This document shows positions 1-12,648 of a stretch of 64,000 nucleotides of DNA, one piece after another. Both the position numbers and the translations under genes were made by a program. The notes beneath the pieces are model-generated. The model was given only the letters and a program-made list of their open reading frames with translations. It was not told the DNA's origin and searched no databases. This DNA is from Myxococcota bacterium (lineage in GTDB: Bacteria > Myxococcota_A > UBA9160 > JAFDDA01), in NCBI GenBank assembly GCA_965228475.1, contig OZ245817.1, forward strand, positions 1,216,001 through 1,280,000. The letters are read 5' to 3'. Numbering within the stretch: the stretch's first letter is position 1; each line of letters starts with the position of its first letter.

Positions 1-1296
1 GAAGCCAAGCGGGCCGTCGCCATCGCCCTGCGCAACCGCTGGCGGCGCACCCAGGTCGCCGACGACCTGCGCGACGAGATCGCGCCCAAGAACATCATCA
101 TGGTCGGGGCGACCGGCGTCGGGAAGACGGAGATCGCCCGGCGGCTCGCGAAGCTCTCGCAGGCGCCCTTCATCAAGGTCGAGGCGTCGAAGTTCACGGA
201 GGTCGGCTACGTCGGCCGCGACGTCGAATCCATCGTGCGGGACCTCGCGGATCTCGCCGTGAACCTCGTGACAGAGGAGCAGAAGCGCTCGGTCGAGGCG
301 AGGGCCGACGAGATCGCCGAGGAGCGGATCCTCGATGCGCTGCTGCCGGCGCCCCAGCCCCCCGCGATGGGGATCGCGCCCGCGCCCGAGGCGGTGGAGC
401 CGCCGAACCTCGAAACGCGCGAAAAGCTCCGCACCATGCTGCGCGAGGGCAAGCTCGACGAGCGCGAGATCGACGTCGAGGTCGAAGACAGCGGCGCGGG
501 CCCGAACATGTCGATCTTCACGCCCCAGGGCGTCGAAGAGCTCGGTGTCCAGATGAAGGACATGATGGGGAACCTCTTCCCCAAGAAGACGCGGCAGCGG
601 CGCATGAAGATTCCGGCCGCGCGCGAGGCCTTCGTGGCGGAGGAGGCCCTGCGGCTCGTCGACATGGACGGCGTGCGTGAGCAGGCCGTCGAGCGCGTCG
701 AGCAGGCCGGCATCGTCTTCCTCGACGAGATCGACAAGGTCGCCGCCGGCGACGGCGCGCACCAGGGCGGCGCGGACGTCTCGCGCGAAGGCGTCCAGCG
801 CGACCTCCTGCCGATCGTCGAAGGTTCGACGGTGCAGACGAAGCACGGCCCGGTGCGCACGGACCACATCCTGTTCGTGGCCGCCGGGGCCTTCCACGTC
901 GCGAAGCCTTCGGACCTGATCCCGGAGCTCCAGGGCCGCTTCCCGATCCGCGTCGAGCTCCAGGCCCTCACCCGAGACGACTTCGTGCGCATCCTCACGG
1001 AGCCGCGCAACTCGCTCGTGCGGCAGTACGTGGCCCTGCTCGAGACCGAGGGCGTGCGGCTCGAGTTCAAGGAGGACGGCGTCTCGGCCATCGCGGAGAT
1101 CGCCGCCGAGGTGAACGAGCGCACCGACGACATCGGGGCGCGGCGCCTCCACACGGTGATGGAGAAGCTCGTCGAAGAGGTGAGCTTCGACGCGCCGGAC
1201 CTCGGCGAGAAGACGCTCGTGATCGACGAGAGCTACGTGCGCGGGCGGCTCGGCGCCCTCGCGAACGACGAGGATCTCTCCCGGTTCATCCTCTAG
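1..1296 (+). CDS. hslU: ATP-dependent protease ATPase subunit HslU (5' end lies before the window)
   Basis: Frame 1 is open from base 1 ([16 protein letters not shown]). Walker [31 protein letters not shown], Walker [23 protein letters not shown]-terminal DLSRFIL. Confidence 0.97.
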   Translation, partial: EAKRAVAIALRNRWRRTQVADDLRDEIAPKNIIMVGATGVGKTEIARRLAKLSQAPFIKVEASKFTEVGYVGRDVESIVRDLADLAVNLVTEEQKRSVEARADEIAEERILDALLPAPQPPAMGIAPAPEAVEPPNLETREKLRTMLREGKLDEREIDVEVEDSGAGPNMSIFTPQGVEELGVQMKDMMGNLFPKKTRQRRMKIPAAREAFVAEEALRLVDMDGVREQAVERVEQAGIVFLDEIDKVAAGDGAHQGGADVSREGVQRDLLPIVEGSTVQTKHGPVRTDHILFVAAGAFHVAKPSDLIPELQGRFPIRVELQALTRDDFVRILTEPRNSLVRQYVALLETEGVRLEFKEDGVSAIAEIAAEVNERTDDIGARRLHTVMEKLVEEVSFDAPDLGEKTLVIDESYVRGRLGALANDEDLSRFIL

Positions 1297-1318
1297 CTTC
1301 CTCGAACGAGGAGTCGCC

Positions 1319-2317
1319 ATGGCCGTGATCGTGCTCGTCGAAGGCTCGGAGTTCTTTCGCAAGGCGCTCGCGAGTCTCTTGAAGAACGAAGGGCATCGCT
1401 GCGTGGCGGCCGCCTCCTTCGCCGAGGCCGGCCCGGCCCTGCGCGACCCGGAGACCGCCGTGCTGGTCTTCGACCTCGAGACGTGCGGGCCGGAAGGCGT
1501 CGAGGCCTTTGCGGAGCTGCGCGCCCGCCGGCCGGAGCTGCGGGGGATCGCCGTGGCCGGGCGCGGGCAGCAGGGGCTGACGCTCGAGGCGCTGCGGGCC
1601 GGGGCCGCGGACTACCTCGCGAAACCGCTTCACGAAGAGGAGCTCCGGCTCTCCCTGGCCCGGGCGCTGGAGGCCCACGGAACGGACCGCGAGCTCGCGG
1701 CGCTACGCGCCGCCGGAGCGCCGGCCGGAGCCGCCTCGGGCATGACCCTCGCGCGGGACCTCTGCGACTGCGTCACGGGGGAGGGCGGGGCGGACGAGGT
1801 GCTCGCCGGCCTCCTGAAGGTGCTCGGGACCGCGCTCACGGCTCACACCGCGACGCTCTATCTGCGCGATCCCGGGAGCGGCGGAATGACGCGAGCCGCC
1901 GGGTGGGAAGCCGGAGAGGGCCGCGACCGCGAGCGCCTGCGGCACGAGGGGCTGACGGCAGCGGCCGTCGAAGCCGGAACGCCGCTAGCCTTCGAGCGGC
2001 CGGGCGAGGACCGGCGCTTCGAACCGGCCGTCGACACGGCGGAGGGTCTCCCCTCCGGTGCGGAAGACGCCGCGCTCTGGCTCGCGCCCCTGCGCTTTCG
2101 CGGCCGGGGGGTCGGCCTCGTCCGGACCTTCTTGCCGCCGGCCGGGCTGCCTCCTGCGGCGACCGCGGAGCTCCTCGCCTCGACCCTGTCGGCGGCGCTG
2201 CGGAGCGTGCTCTTGTACCGTAGCTGGCGCTCCGGGATCGATGAGCTGGCGCGCGTGCGGCGGGAAAGCGCAGGGCGCCGGATCGCCCTGGCGCCGCCAA
2301 GAACCCCCGAGCCCTAG
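1319..2317 (+). CDS. Response regulator receiver domain + GAF-like domain protein
   Basis: N-terminal REC fold (VLVFD, ALRAGAADYLAKP) and a C-terminal GAF-like region (TATLYLRD...LWLAPLRFRGRGVGLV). SD gaggag precedes the ATG. Confidence 0.75.
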   Translation: MAVIVLVEGSEFFRKALASLLKNEGHRCVAAASFAEAGPALRDPETAVLVFDLETCGPEGVEAFAELRARRPELRGIAVAGRGQQGLTLEALRAGAADYLAKPLHEEELRLSLARALEAHGTDRELAALRAAGAPAGAASGMTLARDLCDCVTGEGGADEVLAGLLKVLGTALTAHTATLYLRDPGSGGMTRAAGWEAGEGRDRERLRHEGLTAAAVEAGTPLAFERPGEDRRFEPAVDTAEGLPSGAEDAALWLAPLRFRGRGVGLVRTFLPPAGLPPAATAELLASTLSAALRSVLLYRSWRSGIDELARVRRESAGRRIALAPPRTPEP

Positions 2318-2336
2318 GGCCCGGGCCGGAGTATCC

Positions 2337-3179
2337 GTGAAGCAGTTGATCGACAAAGCGGAAGTGCTCGTCGAAGCACTGCCGTACATGCGCCGCTTCT
2401 TCGAGAAGACGATCGTCATCAAGTACGGCGGCAGCGCGATGACCGACGGCTCCCTGCGCGAGACCTTCGCCGTGGACGTCGTGCTCTTGAAGCACATCGG
2501 GCTGCGTCCGGTGATCGTCCACGGCGGCGGGCCGCAGATCGGCGAGACCCTGAAGCGCTTCGGCAAGGATTCGACCTTCGTCGACGGCCTGCGCGTCACG
2601 GACGACGAGACGATGGAGGTCGTCGAGATGGTTCTCGGCGGCCGCGTGAACCAGGCCATCGTCGACCAGCTCCACCGGGCCGGCGGCCGCGGCCTCGGGC
2701 TGACCGGGACCGACGGCCGGATGCTCCAGGTCCGTCCGAAGCGGCCGGAGCTCGGCCGCGTCGGCGAGGTGGTCCGCGTCGATCCGGATGCGATTCGCGT
2801 CGCGACGGGGCAGGGCTTCATCCCGGTCGTCGCGCCGATCGGCGTCGACGAGAACGGCGTCTCCCACAACGTCAACGCCGACGAGGCGGCCGGCGCCATC
2901 GCCGTCGCGCTCGCGGCCGAGAAGCTGATCCTCCTGACCGACGTCGAGGGCGTGCTCGACGCCAAGGGCGAGCTGATGGGCCAGCTCACCGCGGCCGAGG
3001 TGGCGAAGCACATCGAGGAGGGGACCGTCCGCGGCGGCATGATCCCCAAGGTCGAGTGCTGCCTGCACGCGCTCGAGCACGGCGTCCCGAATGCCCACGT
3101 CGTCGACGGGCGCATCCTGCATTCGCTCCTGCTGGAAGTGTTCACCGACACGGGCATCGGCACGCTCATCACCCACTAG
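2337..3179 (+). CDS. argB: Acetylglutamate kinase
   Basis: GTG start after ggag. LVEALPYM, IVIKYGGSAM, VHGGGPQI, NVNAD, LLTDVEGV, GGMIPKV, HSLLLEVFTDTGIGT. Confidence 0.95.
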   Translation: MKQLIDKAEVLVEALPYMRRFFEKTIVIKYGGSAMTDGSLRETFAVDVVLLKHIGLRPVIVHGGGPQIGETLKRFGKDSTFVDGLRVTDDETMEVVEMVLGGRVNQAIVDQLHRAGGRGLGLTGTDGRMLQVRPKRPELGRVGEVVRVDPDAIRVATGQGFIPVVAPIGVDENGVSHNVNADEAAGAIAVALAAEKLILLTDVEGVLDAKGELMGQLTAAEVAKHIEEGTVRGGMIPKVECCLHALEHGVPNAHVVDGRILHSLLLEVFTDTGIGTLITH

Positions 3180-3217
3180 CGGGCGCCCACCGCCTCGCGC
3201 GCTCTCCGAGGGCCGTC

Positions 3218-4147
3218 ATGGACCGACCGAAAGACTTTCTCACCGTTGCCGATTGGCCCGCCGAGGAGCTGCGCGGCCTGCTCGCCCGGGCCCGCGAGCT
3301 GAAGGATCTCAGCAAGCGCGGGGAGTCCCCGCAGACGCTTCGCGGCCGGAGCCTGCTCCTCTACTTCGAGAAGCCCTCCCTGCGAACCCACGTGACCTTC
3401 GAGGCGGGCATGAACCGCCTGGGCGGGAGCGCCATCCTCATGCGGCCGGAGCAGGTCGGCATCGGCAGCCGGGAGGATCCGGCGGACGTGGCCCGGGGCC
3501 TCTCGCGCTGGGTCGATGCGGTGGCTGCCCGGACCTTCGAACACTCCCTGGTCGAGGAGCTGGCCCGGCACGCGAGCATCCCCGTGATCAACGCACTGAC
3601 GGATCGCTACCACCCGTGCCAGGCGATCGCCGACCTCCAGACGATCGAAGAGCACGCGGAGATCGGAAGCGCAGAGCTGGCCTACGTCGGCGATGGCAAC
3701 AACGTCGCGGCCTCGCTGATGCTCGCCATGGCGATCCTCGGCGGCCGCCTGCGGGTGGCCACCCCGGAGAGCCACGCCCCGGACCCGGCGGTGCGCGAGC
3801 GCGCAGCGGCCTTCGCCGAGAAGACAGGCGCGCAGCTCACCTACACGACCGACCCGATCGAGGCCGTGGCCGGTGCCCACTTCGTCTACACCGACACCTG
3901 GACCAGCATGGGTCAGGAAGAGGAGAAGGCGGAGCGCATGCGGATCTTCGCGCCGTATCAGGTGAACACCCCACTTCTCGAGCACGCGCCCGACGCGCTC
4001 TTCCTGCACTGCCTGCCGGCCTATCGCGGCCTCGAGGTCAGCGCGGAGGTGCTCGACGGCCCGAAGAGCATCGTCTGGGACCAGGCCGAGAACCGGCTAC
4101 ACGCCCAGCAGGCGATCCTCGAGCGCCTCCTGCTCGCCGGCGCCTGA
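3218..4147 (+). CDS. argF: Ornithine carbamoyltransferase
   Basis: FEKPSLRT, HPCQAIAD, YVGDGNNV, TDTWTSMGQE, FLHCLPAYRG, QAENRLH; follows argB. Confidence 0.95.
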   Translation: MDRPKDFLTVADWPAEELRGLLARARELKDLSKRGESPQTLRGRSLLLYFEKPSLRTHVTFEAGMNRLGGSAILMRPEQVGIGSREDPADVARGLSRWVDAVAARTFEHSLVEELARHASIPVINALTDRYHPCQAIADLQTIEEHAEIGSAELAYVGDGNNVAASLMLAMAILGGRLRVATPESHAPDPAVRERAAAFAEKTGAQLTYTTDPIEAVAGAHFVYTDTWTSMGQEEEKAERMRIFAPYQVNTPLLEHAPDALFLHCLPAYRGLEVSAEVLDGPKSIVWDQAENRLHAQQAILERLLLAGA

Positions 4148-4289
4148 GCCGGGGCGCCCGCCCTCGGGCGGGCCGCGCCAGGGGCCCCCAGCCACCGAAA
4201 ACTCAGCTTTCCCGGGCGGATCGCCGATGGAACCTCCGAGGGGCGGACCGTTCCGCCTGCTCCGAGGTATCTGGAGGGGCTCCCGGAAG

Positions 4290-5542
4290 ATGGGTTCCCA
4301 AGAGCCGGAGGATTTCTCCGTCGTGCCCGAGCTCGCCGCGGACTGCGACGTCGCCACCCTTCCGCTTTCACCGGCGGAGGGATTCCTGCTTTCCCGCATC
4401 GACGGCCACACGCCGTGGAGCGTGTTGCGCGAGTGCGGTGTGCTCCCGGCCGAGGACGTGGACCGCGCCCTACGCGCCTGGGGAGAGCAGGGGATCGTCT
4501 CGCTCGGCGGGAAGCCCGAGCCGCCGCCGGCCGTCGGCGCGTCCGTCGCCACGGAGTCCGGCTCCGCCAGCGTTTCCGCGAACGGCGAACTCTCGGTTTC
4601 CGGCGAGGCGCTGATCGACCCCGGCCTCGACCTCGACGTCGAGCAGCAGCGGGCCATCCTCGCCTTCGAGGAGCGGCTCGGAGGGTCCTACGAAGAGATC
4701 CTCGGCGTCAAGAAGGACGCCGATGCGAAGACCCTGAAGCGGGCGTACTTCAAGCTCTCGAAGGACTTCCATCCGGACCGCTACTTCCGCAAGAACCTCG
4801 GGGCCTTCGCCGACCGCCTCGACCGCGTCTTCTGCAAGATCTCCGAAGCCTACGAACTCCTCTCCGACCCCTCGGCGCGCAAGGAGATGGAGAAGACACT
4901 CTCCCAGGGTTCCGGGCCGGCGGCTTCGGCAGGCCCCCGGCTCAAGGGCAAGACCACGCCCCACGCCTTCTCGCTCGTGGCGCGCATCCAGCGCGAGCGG
5001 CGCAAGAAGGCGCAGCAGTACTTCCAGGCCGGCACCGCGGCGATGGAGGCCGAGGACTGGAGCGATGCGGCCCACCAGCTGCGGCTCGCCATCGCCTGCG
5101 ACCCGAAGAACGAGGATTACAAGGCGCCCTTCGGCGAAGCGAACCGCCGGGCGAACGACGAACGCGCGGAGCGCTACCTCAAGGAAGCCAACTCCCGCTA
5201 CGACCTCGGGGAGTACGAGGCCGCCTACAAGCGCTACGTCGACGCGCTGCACTGCCGCCCCTTCGACGCCGAGGCGAACGCGCGCGCGGCCGTGCTGGCC
5301 TGGCGCATCGCGAAGGATCTCAAGGCCGCGAAGGAGTACGCCCAGCGGGCCTGCGAGGTGGAGGAGGACAACGCCTCCCACCGCAAGGTGCTGGGCCAGA
5401 TCTACGCCGCGGCCGAGCTCTACCTGAACGCGCAGAGCGCGTACGAGCAGGCGGTCCGGTTGAACCCGGGCGATGAGGAATCGCGGCTCGAACTCAAGAG
5501 AATGAAGAAGCTGGCGCGGCAGGGACCGCGTGGAGGCGCCTG

Positions 5543-5543
<1 letters not shown>
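4290..5543 (+). CDS. J-domain (DnaJ-like) protein with C-terminal TPR repeats
   Basis: YEEILGV...LKRAYFKLSKDFHPDRY J-domain with HPD motif, followed by TPR-like helical repeats. Stop overlaps the start of the Hsp70 gene (TGATG). Start could also be 4227. Confidence 0.85.
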
Positions 5544-7114
<1,571 letters not shown>

Positions 7115-7127
7115 GGCGAGCCGCCGA

Positions 7128-8069
7128 ATGCAATCCCTTTCGAACGCACCGTCCCTGCTGAACCATCTCGATGCTCCGGTGGTCGTCGCCGACCCGGAGG
7201 GTCGCGTCGTGTTCCTGAACCCGGCCTTCGAGGTCACGTTCCAGACGACGCGCGACCGCTGCGAGGGCCGGGCGCTCGCCGAGCTCTTCGAGGGCGGCGA
7301 CCGCGAGGCCGTGCTCGCCGCCGTCGCAGCGACGTGTCAGCGGGGCCAGTCCGTGCGCTTCCGGATCCGGCACCACGACACCGGCTGTCAGGTGCTCGCT
7401 TCGCCGATCGCCGTCGACGGCCAGCGCGTGGGCTCGGTCCTGCTCCTGACCGAGGACCCGCTCGAGGTGGAAGGACTCCACCGCGTGAAGCGCGAGCTCG
7501 CCCACGGCGCGGACCAGATCAGCGAAGCCCTCGACCATCTCCAGAAGCAGGACTCGGAGCTCTCGGCGGGGGAGCGGGAAGACTGGACCGCGAGCGCCCG
7601 CGGCGCCGTCGCGGACTGCCGCCGTGCGATCGGGAACCTCGGCCGCGTCGCCGACGGCCAGGCGCGCCAGGCCGGCAAGGACGCCCTGATCGACCCGGCC
7701 CGCGTCGCCCGGGATGCCCTGGCCGGCCTCGCCTACGAGATGGCCGAGAGCGGCATCAGCATCGACGCGCTCTTCTCGCCGGACCTGCCGATGGTGAAGG
7801 GCGACGACAAGCGGCTCCAGGAGGCGCTCGAGGCGCTCCTCCGCTCGCGGATGGCCAAGGCTCCGGCCTGGCTCGCCCTCGGCGGGCGGCGCGAGGAGGA
7901 GGAAGGCACGGTCTTCGTGGTGGTCTCCGTGACCGAGCCCGGCCCGGCGGACGGCCCGACCGCGCCGCCCGTGGTGACCGAGATCGTGTCCTCGCTCGGA
8001 GGGCGCGTCGACGTCGAGGCCACGGATTCCGGCGACCGCGTCACCCGCTTGAGGCTCCCGGCCGTCTAG
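7128..8069 (+). CDS. PAS-domain protein with degenerate histidine kinase-like C-terminus
   Basis: PAS motif (VVVADPEGRVVFLNPAF...GRALAELF). C-terminal PDLPMVKGDDKRLQEAL...LGGRVDVE...TRLRLP resembles HATPase_c but lacks the N and G boxes. Confidence 0.65.
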   Translation: MQSLSNAPSLLNHLDAPVVVADPEGRVVFLNPAFEVTFQTTRDRCEGRALAELFEGGDREAVLAAVAATCQRGQSVRFRIRHHDTGCQVLASPIAVDGQRVGSVLLLTEDPLEVEGLHRVKRELAHGADQISEALDHLQKQDSELSAGEREDWTASARGAVADCRRAIGNLGRVADGQARQAGKDALIDPARVARDALAGLAYEMAESGISIDALFSPDLPMVKGDDKRLQEALEALLRSRMAKAPAWLALGGRREEEEGTVFVVVSVTEPGPADGPTAPPVVTEIVSSLGGRVDVEATDSGDRVTRLRLPAV

Positions 8070-8171
8070 TTTCCGCGCCCGCGCCCGGGCTGCCCTCCGC
8101 CCACGCCATCGGCGCCGGTCACGCCCGGTCCCCGCTGCGCCGCCCGCAACGCGGAGATACACTCCGCCGCC

Positions 8172-9374
<1,203 letters not shown>

Positions 9375-9384
9375 CTCGCGCGGG

Positions 9385-10833
9385 TCAGTCCTTGGTCGCC
9401 AGGAACTGCAAGAGCGACGGCAGACACAGCTTCATGACGTCCGCCTCGGGCGCGATCTCCTGCGCGAGGCCGAAGACGTAGGTCATCGTTCGCGCGTAGA
9501 GCAGAAGATCGTTCGGGAGCTGCACGCCGGGGGTTTCCTGGAGGAGCGCCTTGGCCTCGTCCTTCAGGCCGAGCACCTGCGCGCCGCCGAGGCCGAGCGG
9601 CGCGCCTTCGCCTGCGAGGCGTTCGAACATCTTCCCGACGGCGGCCTCGACCGCGGCCTCCGAGCCCGGAGCGATCATCTCCATGCGCCGCATGCCCGCG
9701 ACGAACTCCTCCGGGTTGCGCTGGAGAAGGGCGTACATGGCTTGGCGGATCTCGCTGCGCAGGGCCGGGTCGAGCCGGCGTGAGAGGCCGAAGTCGATGA
9801 AGAGCACGCGGGGCTTCTCGGCGGCCGAGGGCTCGTCGAGCACGAAGAGGTTCCCGGGGTGCGGGTCGGCGTGGAAGAGGCCGTCGACGAAGACCTGCTT
9901 CGCGTAGGCGCGGGCGACGAGGCCCACGACGTCGGCGCCCGAGACGCCGAGACGTTCGAGCGCCGCCGCGTCGGTCACCGGCACGCACGGGTGGTAGGTC
10001 ACGGTGAGGACGCGCGCGGTCGAGAGATCGTCGTGCACCTCCGGCACCACGATCTGGGCCTCGCTCGCGAGGTTCTCCGCGATCGCCCGGGCGCTCGCGG
10101 CCTCGCGCTCGAAGTCGATCTCCTCGGCCATGCCGCGGGCGAACTCGCCGAAGAGCCGCTCGGCGTCGAAGCGGCGGCCCCCGCCCGAGAGCCGCCGCAG
10201 CAGGAAGCGCAGCCAGAAGAGGTCCGCCGGCAGCGAGCGGGCGAGCCAGGGGTACTGGACCTTCACGGCGACGGGCGTCCCGTCGAGCCGCGTGGCGCGG
10301 TGCACCTGGCCGATCGACGCTGCGCCGAGCGGCTCGGCTTCGAACGTCGAGAAGTGGGCCTCGAGGGGCGCGCCGAGCTCCTGCTCCACCGCGCGCCGGA
10401 CTTCGGGCAGGGGCTGCGGCGGGACGCGGTCCCGCAGGGAGGCCACCAGCGGCTGGGCCTCGGCGGGCAGCAGGTCGAGGCGGACGGCGGCGAACTGCCC
10501 GGCCTTCACGAAGGCGCCCTTGAGCTTGCCCGCGGTGGCGACGGCCAGGGCCACGGCCCGCACCCGCCGTCTTCGCCGGACTTCCTCCGCCCCGAGCCCG
10601 GGCCGCCAGCTCGTGACCCAGCCGAGGGCGATCCGGCACCCGAGCCACAGGAGATGGGCGCCCTGGTAGAACCCCGTCTCGCGCGCGAGCCCCCGGAGCG
10701 TGAATCGGGCCCGGGAGTGGCGGCGTCCAACCTCCTGAACGCCCGCTTTCGGCTCCAGGGGGGCAGAGATCTGTTCCCCGGCCACGGGGGTCGGGTCGGA
10801 GGTGACCGGCGGCTGGGATCGTTCTTGGGGCAT
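9385..10833 (-). CDS. ABC1/UbiB/AarF family atypical kinase
   Basis: C-terminal part of the long 9385..13743 ORF: LKGAFVKAGQ, PLGAASIGQVHRA, VAVKVQYP, FHADPHPGN, IDFG. ATG chosen at 10833 (MPQERS); start uncertain. Confidence 0.88.
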   Translation of the reverse strand: MPQERSQPPVTSDPTPVAGEQISAPLEPKAGVQEVGRRHSRARFTLRGLARETGFYQGAHLLWLGCRIALGWVTSWRPGLGAEEVRRRRRVRAVALAVATAGKLKGAFVKAGQFAAVRLDLLPAEAQPLVASLRDRVPPQPLPEVRRAVEQELGAPLEAHFSTFEAEPLGAASIGQVHRATRLDGTPVAVKVQYPWLARSLPADLFWLRFLLRRLSGGGRRFDAERLFGEFARGMAEEIDFEREAASARAIAENLASEAQIVVPEVHDDLSTARVLTVTYHPCVPVTDAAALERLGVSGADVVGLVARAYAKQVFVDGLFHADPHPGNLFVLDEPSAAEKPRVLFIDFGLSRRLDPALRSEIRQAMYALLQRNPEEFVAGMRRMEMIAPGSEAAVEAAVGKMFERLAGEGAPLGLGGAQVLGLKDEAKALLQETPGVQLPNDLLLYARTMTYVFGLAQEIAPEADVMKLCLPSLLQFLATKD

Positions 10834-11229
10834 GGCGTCCCGAGGAGATTCCCGCGGCGGGTCCGCGGGGCCAAAGCGCTTCTCGCGCAAGGGTTTAGGG
10901 ACCGTATCGCGCTCGTTCCTTGCTTGACAAGGCAAGCCCCGCTGATTTAGAAGGGGAGTCGCCGCGCACACTTGGGCCGGCGTCTTGCGGGGAGGGCGCA
11001 CGAGTCGGGGCCGTCGAGAGACGGCGTTGGGCTCGGCGTCGTCGGGTGCACGCGGCCTCCCTTTGATTGGACGTTTGCGAGAGAACGCCAGCAGAGCACG
11101 AACAGCGCACGGACAGCGCAGCAACCGCGGGACGGGTTCCGGTCGGCCATGGGTCGGCGCCGCGCCGCAGCACGGATCGTCGGCCATATTGTAGGTGGCC
11201 CGACAATCCAACATGAATCGGAGGTCTCC

Positions 11230-12552
11230 ATGTTCTCTTCCCGGATCCGAACCACCTCGCTCGTAGGTGCGTTCCTCGTCCTGGTGAGCTTCACCCCGGC
11301 CGGCGCTCAGGAAGACGCCGGCGTTGCCGGCCCGTCCTTCAAGGAAGGCGACGTGATCGGCTTCGACAAGATCGACTCCCTGCGGAAGTTCCTGCCGCCC
11401 GAGTTCTGGGCGAACCGCGACTTCTTCTTCTACGAGGGAATGCGCCTGCAGATCGGGCCGTTCCATCGCGACTACAAGCCGGCCGCCGAGTACCAGGCCG
11501 CCACGGCGAAGTTCAAGGGCCAGGCCAAGATCGGGCCGGACAACAGCCTCGAGAACTACACCGCCGGCCAGCCCTTCCCCATGGACGAGATCGACTGCAA
11601 GGGCGACCCGGACGCCGGCACGAAGATCATGTGGAACTTCGACTACCAGTGGGACGGCGACGGCTCGGACACCAAGTACTTCTACTCGTACTGGGACCGC
11701 GGCGAGCAGCTTCCGCTCTACTACGAGGGTACGTCGAAGACCGTGCAGCTCGCGCACCGCTCGGAGCCGCAGTACCTCGAGAAGAACGGCGGCGACATCT
11801 TCCGCGGTGAGAAGCGCAAGCTGGCCTTCGGCATCGAGGTGAACGCGCCCTTCGACGCCCGCGGCATCAACGTCATGACCTACCGCTACAAGAGCTCGGA
11901 CTCGCCCCAGGCCCAGGCCAAGAACGACGACACCTGGGTGTACGTCCCGACGCTGCGCCGCGTGCGCCGCATCTCCTCGGCCCAGCGCACGGACGCGGTC
12001 TCGGGCACGGACTTCACGTTCGACGATCTGCGCTCCTTCGCCGGCATCGTCCCGCAGTACACGTGGCAGTGCCTCGGCGAGATGGACATCCTGGCGCCGA
12101 TGAACAGCCAGGTGAAGGCGTACCCCTACTCGAAGGACCACAACTTCGGGCCCTACGGCCTGTCCTACGCGGACGACCAGTGGGAGCTGCGCCGCACGGT
12201 GAAGGTCCGGATGACGCCGAAGAGTGCGGACCACCCGTATCACCACAAGGATCTCTACATCGACAAGGAGACCCTCACCGCCCACTACTCCTTCGCCTAC
12301 GACCAGAAGGAAGAGCTGTGGAAGATCATCTGGCACAACAAGCGCTGGAGTGAGGACGACTCGAGCTACTACCCCGGCTGGGACGGCATCGAGAAGCCGC
12401 GCGACCTCAAGGTCGTGAGCGACACGATCGTCAACGTCCAGACCGGTACGGGGAACCGCATCGAGTTCTGGGACAACCACGGTGTGCCCTACAAGAGCAA
12501 GGGCAAGGTTCGCCGCTACATCGACGTCGGCCGCCTGACCAAGGGCCGCTAG
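11230..12552 (+). CDS. DUF1329-family secreted/outer-membrane lipoprotein-sorting-like protein
   Basis: SD ggagg before ATG 11230 and a signal peptide. GQPFP, KIMWNF, DDTWVYVPTLRRVRRISSAQRTD, YDQKEELWK are typical DUF1329 motifs. Confidence 0.85.
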   Translation: MFSSRIRTTSLVGAFLVLVSFTPAGAQEDAGVAGPSFKEGDVIGFDKIDSLRKFLPPEFWANRDFFFYEGMRLQIGPFHRDYKPAAEYQAATAKFKGQAKIGPDNSLENYTAGQPFPMDEIDCKGDPDAGTKIMWNFDYQWDGDGSDTKYFYSYWDRGEQLPLYYEGTSKTVQLAHRSEPQYLEKNGGDIFRGEKRKLAFGIEVNAPFDARGINVMTYRYKSSDSPQAQAKNDDTWVYVPTLRRVRRISSAQRTDAVSGTDFTFDDLRSFAGIVPQYTWQCLGEMDILAPMNSQVKAYPYSKDHNFGPYGLSYADDQWELRRTVKVRMTPKSADHPYHHKDLYIDKETLTAHYSFAYDQKEELWKIIWHNKRWSEDDSSYYPGWDGIEKPRDLKVVSDTIVNVQTGTGNRIEFWDNHGVPYKSKGKVRRYIDVGRLTKGR

Positions 12553-12568
12553 CGGCAAGCGCAAACGA

Positions 12569-12605
12569 GAATCGCCAGCGGCTCGCCATGGGCCGCTGGC
12601 GATTC
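12569..12605 (+). terminator. 14-bp perfect hairpin between DUF1329 and YCF48-like genes (terminator or mRNA-stabilising stem)
   Basis: gaatcgccagcggc (12569-12582) / gccgctggcgattc (12592-12605); no U-tract. Confidence 0.55.
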
Positions 12606-12648
12606 GTCCCTGAGCGTTCGAAGCATCGAACGAGAGAAGGATGACTTC

